The notes under the pieces: model-generated
The model's input: the letters and a program-made list of their open reading frames with translations, nothing else
What the model was told of the DNA's origin: nothing
The model's database searches: none
Shown: piece after piece, positions 13,430 to 24,504 of the stretch
Position numbering within the stretch: the stretch's first letter is position 1
Layout of the letters: every line of letters starts with the position of its first letter
DNA from: Eledone cirrhosa
Taxonomy: Eukaryota
Assembly (NCBI GenBank): GCA_964016885.1
Contig: OZ024740.1
Location: forward strand, 103,230,001 to 103,294,000
Length of the DNA: 64,000 bases
Reading direction: 5' to 3'
Translations under genes and position numbers: made by a program

Positions 13430-14600
13430 TCTGCTCCAGCCACAGATTTCATCCGTTGCTTTCAGCAGGTTCACTTTCAAGCATTCCCACTGTTCCTCTA
13501 TATTGTACGTCTCTAATTGCTCTTCCTTATTGTCAAAAACATCAAGTAATAAGCTTTCAAATTTGTCACTGGCTGTGGGGTCCTTCAACTTCCATATTTT
13601 TCTCCTCAAGGTAGTCCTCCTCTATCGTCGAGTACGTCTATTCCTGACTATGACGTCACTAACTACTAGGCTATGTTGGGAGGAGCATTCTTCACGGGGG
13701 AGGGATTTAGTGTTTACAACAGACACTTTGTCACATCTTCTAGTAAGGATATAATCTATCTGGCTGGCGTGTTCCCCTGATTTATAGGTGATCAAGTGAT
13801 TTTCTCGTTTTTTGAAGTTTGTGTTACAAATAGTTAGGTTATTAGCGTCACAGAATTCCAGGATTCTGAAGCCTTCCTTATTTCTAGTACCAAACCCATA
13901 GCCTCCATGGGTTCCATCATAGCCATCACTATGTTGTCCAACGTGACCATTTAGGTTGCCAGCAATAATTAAGTAGTCACTGTTGGTTATTTGGGAGGTA
14001 GTGAGCATTAGCGACTCAAAGAACCTGTCCTTTATAACGTCAGGTAGACCAGATTGGGGTGCATAAGGGGATATTATTGTCACAGTAGTTCTATTTAGAA
14101 CTAGTCTTATTTTAATTATTCTGTCATTCACTCTATTTACGTCAATTACCTTATCTACCCATTTTTCAGCTAACATAATTCCTACACCACCCAGTCCGTT
14201 GTCATTTCCCACCCAGAAAAGTTTATAGCATCGTTTTTTATCCACAATGAATCTAGCAGACCCACCTCTCCACCTAGTCTCTTGAACACAACAAACATCA
14301 ACTTCCTTATGTTCAAGCATCTCTACAACCTTGTTTGAGCGACCTTTCAATGTGCCTGCGTTCATGGTACCAACTCTGAAGTTGGGTGGGTGGATGGATG
14401 GGTTGAAGGGGCAGGGAGGGGTGTGGGAGACGGAATTATGTTGGTCATCCATGTCTGAAATAAGGGGGGGGGGGGGGGGTCCTTGCATTCTCATCCTGCA
14501 GCGGGAGGTGAATTTATCTTTATCTGTGACATTGTCATTAAGTGTTCAGACTTTCCAAATTCCGCAGTCCACCTAGCAAGCCAAAAGTCAACCAGGTCTA
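13423..14600 (-). mobile_element. RTE LINE 5' part (APE endonuclease)
   Basis: GTMNAGTL, CCVQETRW, YAPQ, GNLNGH, SQIDYIL, SQHSLV motifs; breaks at ICGWSRP. Confidence 0.92.
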
Positions 14601-14737
14601 AGCTTAAGGAGTAATAATCGAGGTGGTAGCTTTGCTATACAGATTTGTAAGAGTACTTACTATAAACCGCTGAGTTATGATTAGACCAAATAGCAATGGT
14701 GGTGTGTGGGGTGGGAGGGCAGGAAATGGGTAATTTA

Positions 14738-15354
14738 GGAGAAGGTTAGTTTTTAGGAAGGGTCCAAACAGAATGAGGCATATTATTAAAAAAACATGTA
14801 AAATATTAATTGAACATCCAAGAGAAAAAAAGGGAGAGAGAGATTAGATTCTAGACGGGCATAAATAAAAGTTTAAAACACTGGTCATCAAATGGACTAC
14901 GGAAAAATGGAAAGACAAGTTGTTTGCTTACATTTCTCAAATGGACAGAACGTCCGTAAAGAGAGATTAGATAGATAAATTCTGGCGTTACAACCCTACA
15001 GGGTTTATTTTATACTTGCGGAGAGACGGGGGGGGGGGTGAGAAGGAGATAGCTATATACAATGATAGGGAGTGAGGTGAGGAAGGTTCTAGAATAATTA
15101 ATAATAATAACAAGGAGAATAATAATAAGGAGAAGGTTAGTTTTTAGGAAGGGTCCAAACAGAATGAGGCATATTATTAAAAAACATGTAAAATATTAAT
15201 TGAAAATCCGAGAGAAAAAAGAGAGATTCTAGACGGGCATAAATAAAAGTTTAAAACACTGCTCATCAAATGGACTACGGAAAAATGGAAAGACAAGTGT
15301 TTTGCTTACATTTTTCAAATGGACAGATCGTCCGTAAAGAGAGATTAGATAGAT
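14738..15354. repeat. ~230-bp direct repeat pair (14738-14977, 15129-15354)
   Basis: Two highly similar copies from ggagaaggttagtttttagg to gagagattagatagata, separated by ~150 bp. Confidence 0.85.
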
Positions 15355-15400
15355 ATACATTTATATATATATATATATATATATATTTATTTTATAGAAG

Positions 15401-15453
15401 GAGCTTCTACAGGACTAGTACTGTTTCATTCAGATGAAATCTTCAGGAAGCTC
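15401..15453 (-). ncRNA. Type I hammerhead ribozyme motif
   Basis: GAGCTTC-CTGAAGA-T TTC ATCT GAA T-GAAA-CAG TACTAGTC CTG-TA-GAAGCTC: 7-bp stem I, intact core, GUA cleavage triplet. Confidence 0.8.
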
Positions 15454-15511
15454 TGCCATGTATTGAGTACCTTACTTACTGTGGTTATCCCCGACTCAAC
15501 CCGGGACCTAC

Positions 15512-15551
<40 letters not shown>

Positions 15552-15656
15552 GGAAAAGAATGAAACGAAATTTCATTTCACACTGACACAGGAGCCGTTA
15601 ATATGCATAAGGAAAGTATATACTTTCAAACGTTCAATCATCTGACAGAAAGGTAT

Positions 15657-15699
15657 ACGATGCTGACGATAGCTAATAAGCTTGAAACTAGTACATCGT
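15657..15699 (+). ncRNA. Minimal type I hammerhead ribozyme motif
   Basis: ACGATG-CTGACGA-T AGCT AATA AGCT T-GAAA-CTAG-TA-CATCGT: perfect 6-bp stem I, palindromic minimal stem III. Confidence 0.8.
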
Positions 15700-15894
15700 T
15701 CCTGTGTCAGTGTTGAACAAATGACCAACGATGGTTGCCGAGCACTGTACGGCGTAATTCGGGCTGTTTCTTTACAAACAAACCGAATATTATAATAAAT
15801 GTTCGGTAAACCCATACGTACATATATATATGTGTGCATGTATGTATATATATATATATACATACTACTGTACGTCTGTACACATATATGTATG

Positions 15895-15946
<52 letters not shown>

Positions 15947-15977
15947 CATACACACATATACATACACACATATACAT

Positions 15978-16040
<63 letters not shown>

Positions 16041-16326
16041 TATATAAATATATATATATAAACGGAAAAAATGAAACGAAATTTCATTTCTCACTCTTAG
16101 TACGGCTGTTACTTAAATATAAGTATGTATACGTACATACATATATGTATACAGATGTACAGTAGTATGTATATATATATACATACATGCACACATATAT
16201 ATATGTACGTATGGATTCACCGAACATTTATTATAATGCTCGGTGTGTTTGTAAACAAACATCCTGAATTAAGCCGAACAGTGTCTAGCAACCATCGTTG
16301 GTCATTTGTTCAACACTGACAAAGGA

Positions 16327-16369
16327 ATGCTGTACTAGTTTCAAGCTTATTAGCTATCGTCAGCAACGT
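16327..16369 (-). ncRNA. Minimal type I hammerhead ribozyme motif (second copy)
   Basis: Core identical to 15657; stem I varies (ACGTTG/CAGCAT) but retains most pairing. Confidence 0.75.
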
Positions 16370-16480
16370 ATACCTTCCTACCAGATGGTTGAACGTCTGA
16401 AAGTATATACTTTCCTTATGCATATCAACGGCTGAGCAGCCTAATTTGCATATTGAGTGAATTAATCGGCCGGGGTACCG

Positions 16481-17294
16481 AAAACGGAACCCAGATCCCC
16501 TCAGGGAGCTACTGCCACTGCTAGCTGCAAAAGGCTTTTCCCTCAAAATGAAAGGCAGACTGTATGATACGTGCATATGAACAGCAATGTTGCATGGTAG
16601 TGAGACCTGGGCATTGTGTGCAGAAGACTTGCATAGATTAGAAAGAAATGAAGCTTGCATGCTCCGATGGATGTGTAATAGTAATATACGCGAACGGCAA
16701 AGCATAAACGAACTGAGAGAGAGGCTAAGCATAAGAGGAATCAAATGCTGTGTGCAGGAGAGGAGATTATGTTGGTATGGATATGTGATGCATATGAAGG
16801 ATGACAGCTGCATAAAAAGGTGCAGAGTACTAAAAGGTGATGGAAGCCTTGGAGTGGGGAGACCCAAGAAGACCTGGGATGAGGTGATAAAAGCCGACCT
16901 TATCCAATTGCACTTCTCAAAGGTGATGACACAGGACTGAGACCTCTGGCATTACGCAGTAATACAGAAGACCCGACTTCCAACAAGTACAAGCTGAAGC
17001 TGAAACATATAAACCGTATGCCCCCACATCCTCCCACTATTAAGTGGTTATGTAGGTGTTACGACAAAAAAGTCCACACTGTAAAGTGGTCGTGTAGGCA
17101 ACACGGTAAAAAGCACCCAGTACTCACTGTAAAAGGTGTTAGTAAGGGAATCCAGCTGTAGAAATCGAGCCAAAATCAGTTCTATATGAGCAAGACATGG
17201 TCACCTGACCTGGCATTGCCCACAACAAGACAACCCATCTAGTGTGGAAGAATGGACGTAAAACGGTGATGATGATGATGATGATGATGATGAT
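16481..17294 (+). mobile_element. 5'-truncated RTE LINE
   Basis: MLHGSETWALC...GRPKKTW; 3' UTR; (GAT)n tail. Confidence 0.9.
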
Positions 17295-17307
17295 ATATAT
17301 ATATATA

Positions 17308-18368
17308 TCATCATCATCATCATCTTCATTTAACGTCCATTTTCCACGCTAGCATGGGTTAGATGGGAGTTGTCCTACTTGAGGCAAGGCTGGTCGGGTG
17401 ACCGTGTCTCGCTCATATAGGACTATCTGGCAGGTTTTCTACGGCTGGATGCACTTCCTAACACCAACCACATTTACAGTGTGGAACTGGGAACTTTTTA
17501 CCGTGTTACCTACACGACCACATTACAGCGTGGACTGTGTGTTTTTTTGTTGTGACACCTACACGATCTCGATCTCATTATCTCATTTATTTGGACTGGA
17601 TGTTGTGGTACCAACTTTACAGAGAGAGAGTGGTGTTGGTGGGAGTGGGAGGATAGGGTAGGGGTAGTGGATTGGGGTGTATATTTGGTCAAGAGGTGCC
17701 TACTGACTGTAGGTTTCGCTTTGTACATAGGCAAGGCGGGTCTTCTGTATTACTGCATAGCGCCAAAGATCTCGGTCCAGAGACATTGTCTTAGAGAGAT
17801 GTAAGTGTGTAAGGTAAGAATTTATCAGATCATCCCAGGTTTTTCTGGGTCTACCTACTCCGTAACTACCATCAATTTTGATCGCCCTGCACTTTTTTAT
17901 GCAGCTGTTGTCTTTCATGCGCATCACGTGACCATACCAACGTAGTCTTCTGTTAAGTAAACAGCATCTGATCCCTCTTATTCCTAATTTCTCACTTAGT
18001 TCATTTATGCTTTGCCGTTCACGTATATTACTATTACACATCCAACGGAGCATGCATGCTTCGTTCCTTTCCAGTCTACGCAGGTCCTCTGCACACAATG
18101 CCCATGTCTCACTGCCATGTAGCATTGCTGTTCGTATACAGGCATCATACAATCTGCCTCATTTTTAGAGAGAAACCTTTTGTGGCCAACAGCGGTATAA
18201 GCTCTCTGAACTTTTTCCATCCCGTTCTGAACCACCTTTCAGAACCACCTCCACCACTGCTGATTCCGTCACCCAGGTAATGGAAAGTGTCCACTATTTC
18301 TATAGAACCATCTGGGCAATAGAAGGAGAGCTAGTATCCTTTGGACACTTGCTACCTATTGCATCTTA

Positions 18369-18370
<2 letters not shown>
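17308..18370 (-). mobile_element. 5'-truncated RTE LINE
   Basis: MLHGSETW...RLRWYGHVMR; (GAT)n tail; tail-to-tail with the previous copy. Confidence 0.9.

Positions 18371-18427
<57 letters not shown>
18371..18427. repeat. (TA)n microsatellite
   Basis: Pure AT dinucleotide run. Confidence 0.95.
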
Positions 18428-18430
<3 letters not shown>

Positions 18431-19310
18431 GCTGTAGGGTTGCAGGTAAATGCGTCCGTAGGTAGTATGCCAGTTGAGCACTCGATGCTCACGCAGAGCA
18501 GAGCATACTAGTATAAAGAACGAGGAATCAGTAATGCATCAAACCACACCAGCGCATCTCCTTTACCATCCTCCGGGGAAACGCCTTCTCCATCCTGTCC
18601 GCCGGGGCTGTGGGGAGGCCAGCACGTGGGACCCTATTTGTCCACCATACGGATTAATAGGCAAAGTTATAAACTATTGTAAATAAAAATTTAATACTGT
18701 ATATCATGTTATTCATACAAGCTGCCAAATTTATTAACATATTACATATGTTTCTCTGTCAAATAGCTGAATATGAATATGTTCAACTATGTATGCATGT
18801 GGGAAGGCTTATTGTCTGAAGACCTTCAGCTGTCCAGCTCTCCTGAGAGTATCTTACTATTATATTTATATAAATTTATTATTACACAGGACTGAGCATA
18901 TTGGTTATATGTGATGATAGAAAACACACACCCACCAGTATAAGCACTAAAAGTAAACTTAGTGACAGAATTGAGGCTATAGTGTTTGGCAATGGAATAA
19001 AGACAATGTAGGATTTGAGAGAACTCCTTTAGTCAGGTCTATCATCACCATCATCATCACCATTTAACATCCAATTTTCCACTCTAGCATAGATTATGAC
19101 AACCTCTCTAGTGTAGGTTCCATGATAAAATACATCCAGTACACTTTGTAGAGTGTTAGTACTGTTGCAAAAAAATGCATCTGTAAGGTGGCTGGCATTA
19201 GGACAGGCATCCAGTTGTAGAAACCATTTCAAATATGAAACTTAAAGGAAGAAGGCTGATTGCTCCAGCCCATACCAGTGAAGAAAATAGATGCAAAATG
19301 ATGATGATGA

Positions 19311-19483
19311 TAATTGTCTCTACTTTAGGCACAAGGCCAGCAATTACCAGTGCATTACTGGTACTTTATTTTATCGACCCCGTAAGGATGAAAGGCAAAG
19401 TCAACCTCGGCATGATTTGAACTCAGATCGGTAAGGGACGTAACTATGGCGTCCGACCCTCTACTGATACTGCCAATCCACCA
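19311..19483 (-). mobile_element. tRNA-derived SINE
   Basis: Matches the ~190-bp family (A box TGGCAGTATC, B box GAGTTCAAATC, ATT tail). Confidence 0.85.
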
Positions 19484-20119
19484 ATGATATATCAAATATC
19501 TAAAGACATACAAATATATACATAGATTAGCAAATATTAGCATATTTTACCATATGAGAAAGAGAGGAGATATGGAAGAGTGTGTAAGTAATTTCTGAAA
19601 TTAATATTTTTGTCAATAACTTAGTTTCTGCGATTCTAATTAAGAAGACAGTTAATTAATAGAAACAATTATAAAAGAAAATAATTATGACAGGTAATTA
19701 AGAAGACAGGCAATTATGTTTATTAGTGTGTAACATCTAATATTGCATTGCTTAGGGAAAATTAACTATAATATTTATTAATTTGATTTATTAATTTTTT
19801 CTTTCCTTATTCCTTAACTTGAAGTAGAATTGTGGAACTGTTTGCATGATATTTTCAAGAAATTTATATCGCTGGTGTTGTCTCTCTCCTAACCACTACT
19901 CAATGTTTCTGGTAATATGTCATTAACCAGTAATGCACTGGATAATTGCTGGCCTTGTGCCTAAAGTAGAAACAATTATCTAATCAACCATGATATATAC
20001 ACCACCCTGCTCAATGTATAGAAAAGGAGTAGGCATAAACTCCATATAGTGTACACAATGTAGATCTTGAGTAAGAAGAAATGTAGTGGGATAATGGCTA
20101 TACTAACAGGAAAGGAAGA

Positions 20120-20811
20120 TTTGTATGTCAAAGATGCACAGGAGTAATTGAGGGGAAGAGTATCAGTGATATATACCTCTTCAAGTTACAGGAAGGGTCC
20201 ATAGAAGTGGTTGGTAGCTTCTGCTATCTAGGTGACTTAATTAGCAATGGAGGAAGGTACTCTGGGAGGATAATAGCTAGAATAAGGATAGGATGGAAGA
20301 AGTTTAGAGAGCTACTCCCACTGTTGACAACAAAAGGCTTCTTCCTACATTCAAAATGATGACTATATGATGCCTGTGTGGAAGTGTGATGTTGCATGGT
20401 AGTGAAACATGGGCAGTGCCTGCAGAAGACATGTGTAAATTAGAGAGAAATGAAGCAGCCATGCTTTGTTAGATGTAAATGTGAAAGAAAGGCAGAGCTT
20501 GAATGAACTGAGGGAGAAGCTGGGTTTAAGAGGAATCCGAGGTGGTGTGCAGGAGAGAAGACTGTGTTGGTACAAACATGTGATGTACATGGATGATGAT
20601 TAATAGGTAAAGAGGTGCCAGGAAATGCCAGTGGTAAGAAGCTGCAGTAGAGGTAGATCTGGGCAGATGTGGTGAGAGCTGACCTCACATCGCTGAGACT
20701 CACAGAAGAGATGATGAAGAAACGTGGCATGTGGAGAGATGCTGTGCTGAGAATACCTGTCCAACCCATGCAAGCATGGAAAACAGACATAAGAATGATG
20801 ATGATGATGAT
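20120..20811 (+). mobile_element. Older degenerate RTE 3' fragment
   Basis: YLGD, GWKKFRELLPLL and HGSETW remnants; (GAT)n tail. Confidence 0.8.
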
Positions 20812-21817
20812 ACATACACACTCACACACATACACATATATATGTTTGTATATTATATATATCAAAATGAATTAACAGAGTCAGAAACTCGCGTTAGTCC
20901 CTGTAATTCATGAGCTCAAAGGAAAAAGAATCCTAGGCTCTTCAAATATAATATAGAGAGGAAAACACACTAAAGAGACTGTGTGTTTATCAAGTTACAT
21001 GGAATATGGCTAGTGTATGGAACCTATAAACCATGAAAGGTGAGGTAGATAGATTATAATTAAAGATATAAATCAAAATGAATTTACCCATCCTATAACT
21101 ATATATATCACACGTGCAAACTCAGAGAGATTGTTTCGCCAGAAAATTAGCGTTTGGATTGAACTTACCCGGTTCATCAACGTGTGTAAGTGAATACATT
21201 CCAAACGACTCTAAGAGAACTTAAATTAACTGCCTGTAACACGTGGGAGACATATATATTAGCACAGATTATGTATATATATATGTGTGTGTGTGTGTGT
21301 GTATATATAAAAATTATAAATGTGAGTAAAAAGAATAAACAAAAATATATCTTTTTTTTTTCAAAGTCCCGACTTCAGTTTCGCCGATTGGTGTATAGCA
21401 ATCGTGCACCAGGGATGTGAGGCTACTGGCTTATCAAAAGAACCCTCAATTGAATGGACTATTTCCTGAACCGACTGTTACAAATGAATAATTCTCGGGA
21501 GGGAGAAATTATCATGTGGTCTAGCAGTCACAGAACGGAGGTAATGGCTGGACGTTTGGCGAGTTCCACATTTGCTAGAAAAAGCAGCCAGCACCCACCT
21601 ATTTTACTCTACCATAAGGGAGTTGGGACAAAATAACATTAAGATACACATCCAGATATATAAGTATAAATATATATGTATGTGGTGTCCCGCCTTGACT
21701 AGTTTTGCTCAATGACTGAAAGAATTAAAATAATAATAGATATTTGCTCTATGAGCTTATATATACTTATATATATATACAACCCTTATCGAATCTTCTT
21801 TGGATTTTGGTCTTTAT

Positions 21818-22692
21818 ATTTATTATTATTATTATTATCATTGTTCTTATTTTCCTTCATTATTGTTTCTGAGATATATGCCGAGTGTCTTCCTGACACC
21901 TAGGGCAAATAAATGCACAGTGTGCATTGGTAAGCCAGTTAATACAGCACATTGATTATAATTAAAAAAACACAGTATACATATATACTCATGCGCATAT
22001 GCATATGTAAATACAAGGAGGGATATCAATCTTACAGAGATAGTGCTCTTCTCAATACGTGTGCAGTACCAGTCAAAACAATTTTTTGCACCTCGTGCAG
22101 AGAGAGTAAACCAGGAATTATTCGCAAATATTGTTCTGTTCCTTTCTTGATCATTCCCAGTCCTCCCACAATCACTGGTATTGTAACGGCCTTGAGGTGA
22201 CACATTTTCTCAATTTCAATAAGCAGATCTTTATATTTTTGTAGCTTGTGAAACTCTTTTGCCGCAATATTGTGATCACATGGTATGCTCATATCTATCA
22301 ACAAACAGACCTTGTTATGTTATAATGATGTCAGGTCTATTTACTTTTAGGGTCCTGTCAGTATGTACAGGAAAGTCCCAGAGAATTGTTACTGCTTCTC
22401 CTTCAGTTACAGCCTCAGGGTGATAATTGTACCACTTGTCTTCAGCTTTGATTTTGTAATGCCGACATATTACCCTGTGTAGATATTGGTCAACTCTGTC
22501 ATGTCTATATTTGTATTTTACTGGTGCTAAAACTTTACATCCCGAGACTAAGTTATCCACTGTTTCAACCCCAGCATTGCAGAATCGGCACTTTGGGTTT
22601 ATTCCATTTCTCATCACATTGGCCTGGTAATTACAAGTCAATAAGCTTTGATCTTGGGCAGCTAAGATGAAGCCTTCACTCTCCGCCTTTAG
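21818..22692 (-). mobile_element. R4/Dong-like element, 3' part (Zn knuckle plus restriction-like endonuclease)
   Basis: LKAESEGFILAAQDQ, CRFC...SGC, RHD, NRPDII, KLQKYKDL; (TAA)n tail. Confidence 0.9.
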
Positions 22693-23810
22693 AGTAACTT
22701 GGTGGTGGAACAGTAAGGTGGGGGAGACAATCAAGGCCAAAAAGCAGGCTTGGAAAGTATGGCAGGATGGTGGAAATAGAGAACACTATCAAGTGGCCAG
22801 GAGAGAAGCCAGGAGACAAGTGTACTTTGCAAAAAGGGAAGCAGAGGAGAGAAAGTTCAAGCATGTTCTACAACGTGAGGTGTTCCGGATTGCAAGACAA
22901 TGTGTCAAGGTAAACTGTGATATTGTCGGGCAGAAGTGTGTCCCTAATGATAATGGTGTACTTGCCCTCACTGATACTGATAAGAAGGTTGCTTGGAAGT
23001 GTCACTACGAGAGACTACTAAATGAGGAGAATAAATGGGAAAAAGATAGTCTGCCCCAAATTGATCCAATAGAGGGACGAGCAGTGCAAGTTAAAGGTAG
23101 TATAATAAGTAAGGCAATCAAAGATATGAAGACGGGCAAGGCTGCTGGGCCTTCGAAGATAGTTGCTGAGATGTTGAAGGCATCTGGAATGGTGGGACAT
23201 ACTATGGTCATCCCGATAGTAAACCAAGTAATACAGAATGGGGTCATACAAAAGACTGGCGTAGCAACATCATCATTAACTACTACAAGGGTAAAGGGGA
23301 TGCTTTAGATAGGGGAAACTAAAGAGGCATTAGGTTAGTTGACCAGGTCATGAAGGTCACAGAAAGAGTTATAGCGCAATTAATCAGAGAGCGAATTGAT
23401 CTAGATGAAATGCAGTTTGGGTTTATGTCAGGTAAAAGTACCACAGATGCTCTTTTCCTTGTATGACAACTACAGGAGAAGTACCTAGCTAAAAGTAAAC
23501 CCCTTTTCTTAGCTTTTGTAGACCTGGAAAAAGCCTTTGACAGAGTCCCCTACTCCATTATCTGGTGGGCTCTTAGAAAACTAGGTGTAGATGAATGGCT
23601 TGTGAGAGCTATACAAGCCATGCATAAAGAAACAGTCAGCAAGGTTAGAATTAACAATGAATATAGTGAAGAATTTAGTGTAAAAGTTGGTGTTCATCAA
23701 GGCTCTGTCCTTAGCCCCCTCTTATTTACTATTGCCCTTCAAGCTATAACAGAGGAGTTTAAGACCGGCTGCCCATAGGAACTTCTATACACAGATGATC
23801 TAACTCTCAT
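22686..23810 (+). mobile_element. RTE LINE central part (RT)
   Basis: RVTWWWN...KAAGPS...FVDLEKAFD...HQGSVLSP...DDL with stops and frameshifts. Confidence 0.9.
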
Positions 23811-23852
23811 GGGTCTACCTACTGGGTCTACCTCTGGGTCTACCTACTGGGT

Positions 23853-24502
23853 CAAGTCCTCTGCACACAATGCCCATGTCTCACTGCCATGTAGCATTGC
23901 TGTTCATATACAAGCATCATACAATCTGCCTTTCATTTTTAGATGTGGCCAACAGCGGTAGTAGCTCTCTGAACTTTTTTCCATCATGTTCTGACTCTGG
24001 CTACTGTGCTTTCAGAGTACCCTCCACCACTGCTGATTTCGTCACCCAGGTAACGGAAAGTGTTTTCTATTTCCATAGAACCATCTGGGCAGTTGAAGGA
24101 GCTACTATCCTGTAGGCACTTGCTACTTATTGCACCTGAGCATCAGCCACATATAAAATTTACATTCTTAGATAGCTAGCCTGTGATCCCACTACATCTT
24201 TTATGTACCCATAGTTTGCATTTGGGGCATAGAATGGAATTTCTACCTACTCCTTTCCTACACACTGAGCATGGCCAATTCCCAGAGAGCACCTGTGTCC
24301 TATTTTCCTTTCTACATACTAGAACATTAGTCTTAGACAAATTAACTTTAAGGCTTTTTGAGTCTAGGACATGCTTCCATGTTTGGAATTTCTTCCCTAG
24401 TTCAGCCATAGATTCAGCTATGAGAGTTAGATCATTTGCATATAGAAGTTCCCATGGGCAGCCAGTTTTAAACTCTTCTGTAATAGCCTGAAGAGCAATC
24501 AC
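23853..24502 (-). mobile_element. RTE LINE fragment, inverted relative to the previous piece
   Basis: ALQAITEEFKTGCPWELLYANDL...WPCSVC...HGSETW. Confidence 0.88.
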
Positions 24503-24504
24503 TG

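Larger units (their letters stand above)
15595..16433. repeat. ~310-bp inverted repeat (15595-15905 / 16128-16433) around TA/CA microsatellite; Penelope pseudo-LTR-like
   Basis: The arms are diverged reverse complements, each carrying a hammerhead motif. Confidence 0.8.

Noticed and set aside
15573-16165. YI/HT-repeat ORFs
   Set aside because: Translations of TA/CA microsatellites
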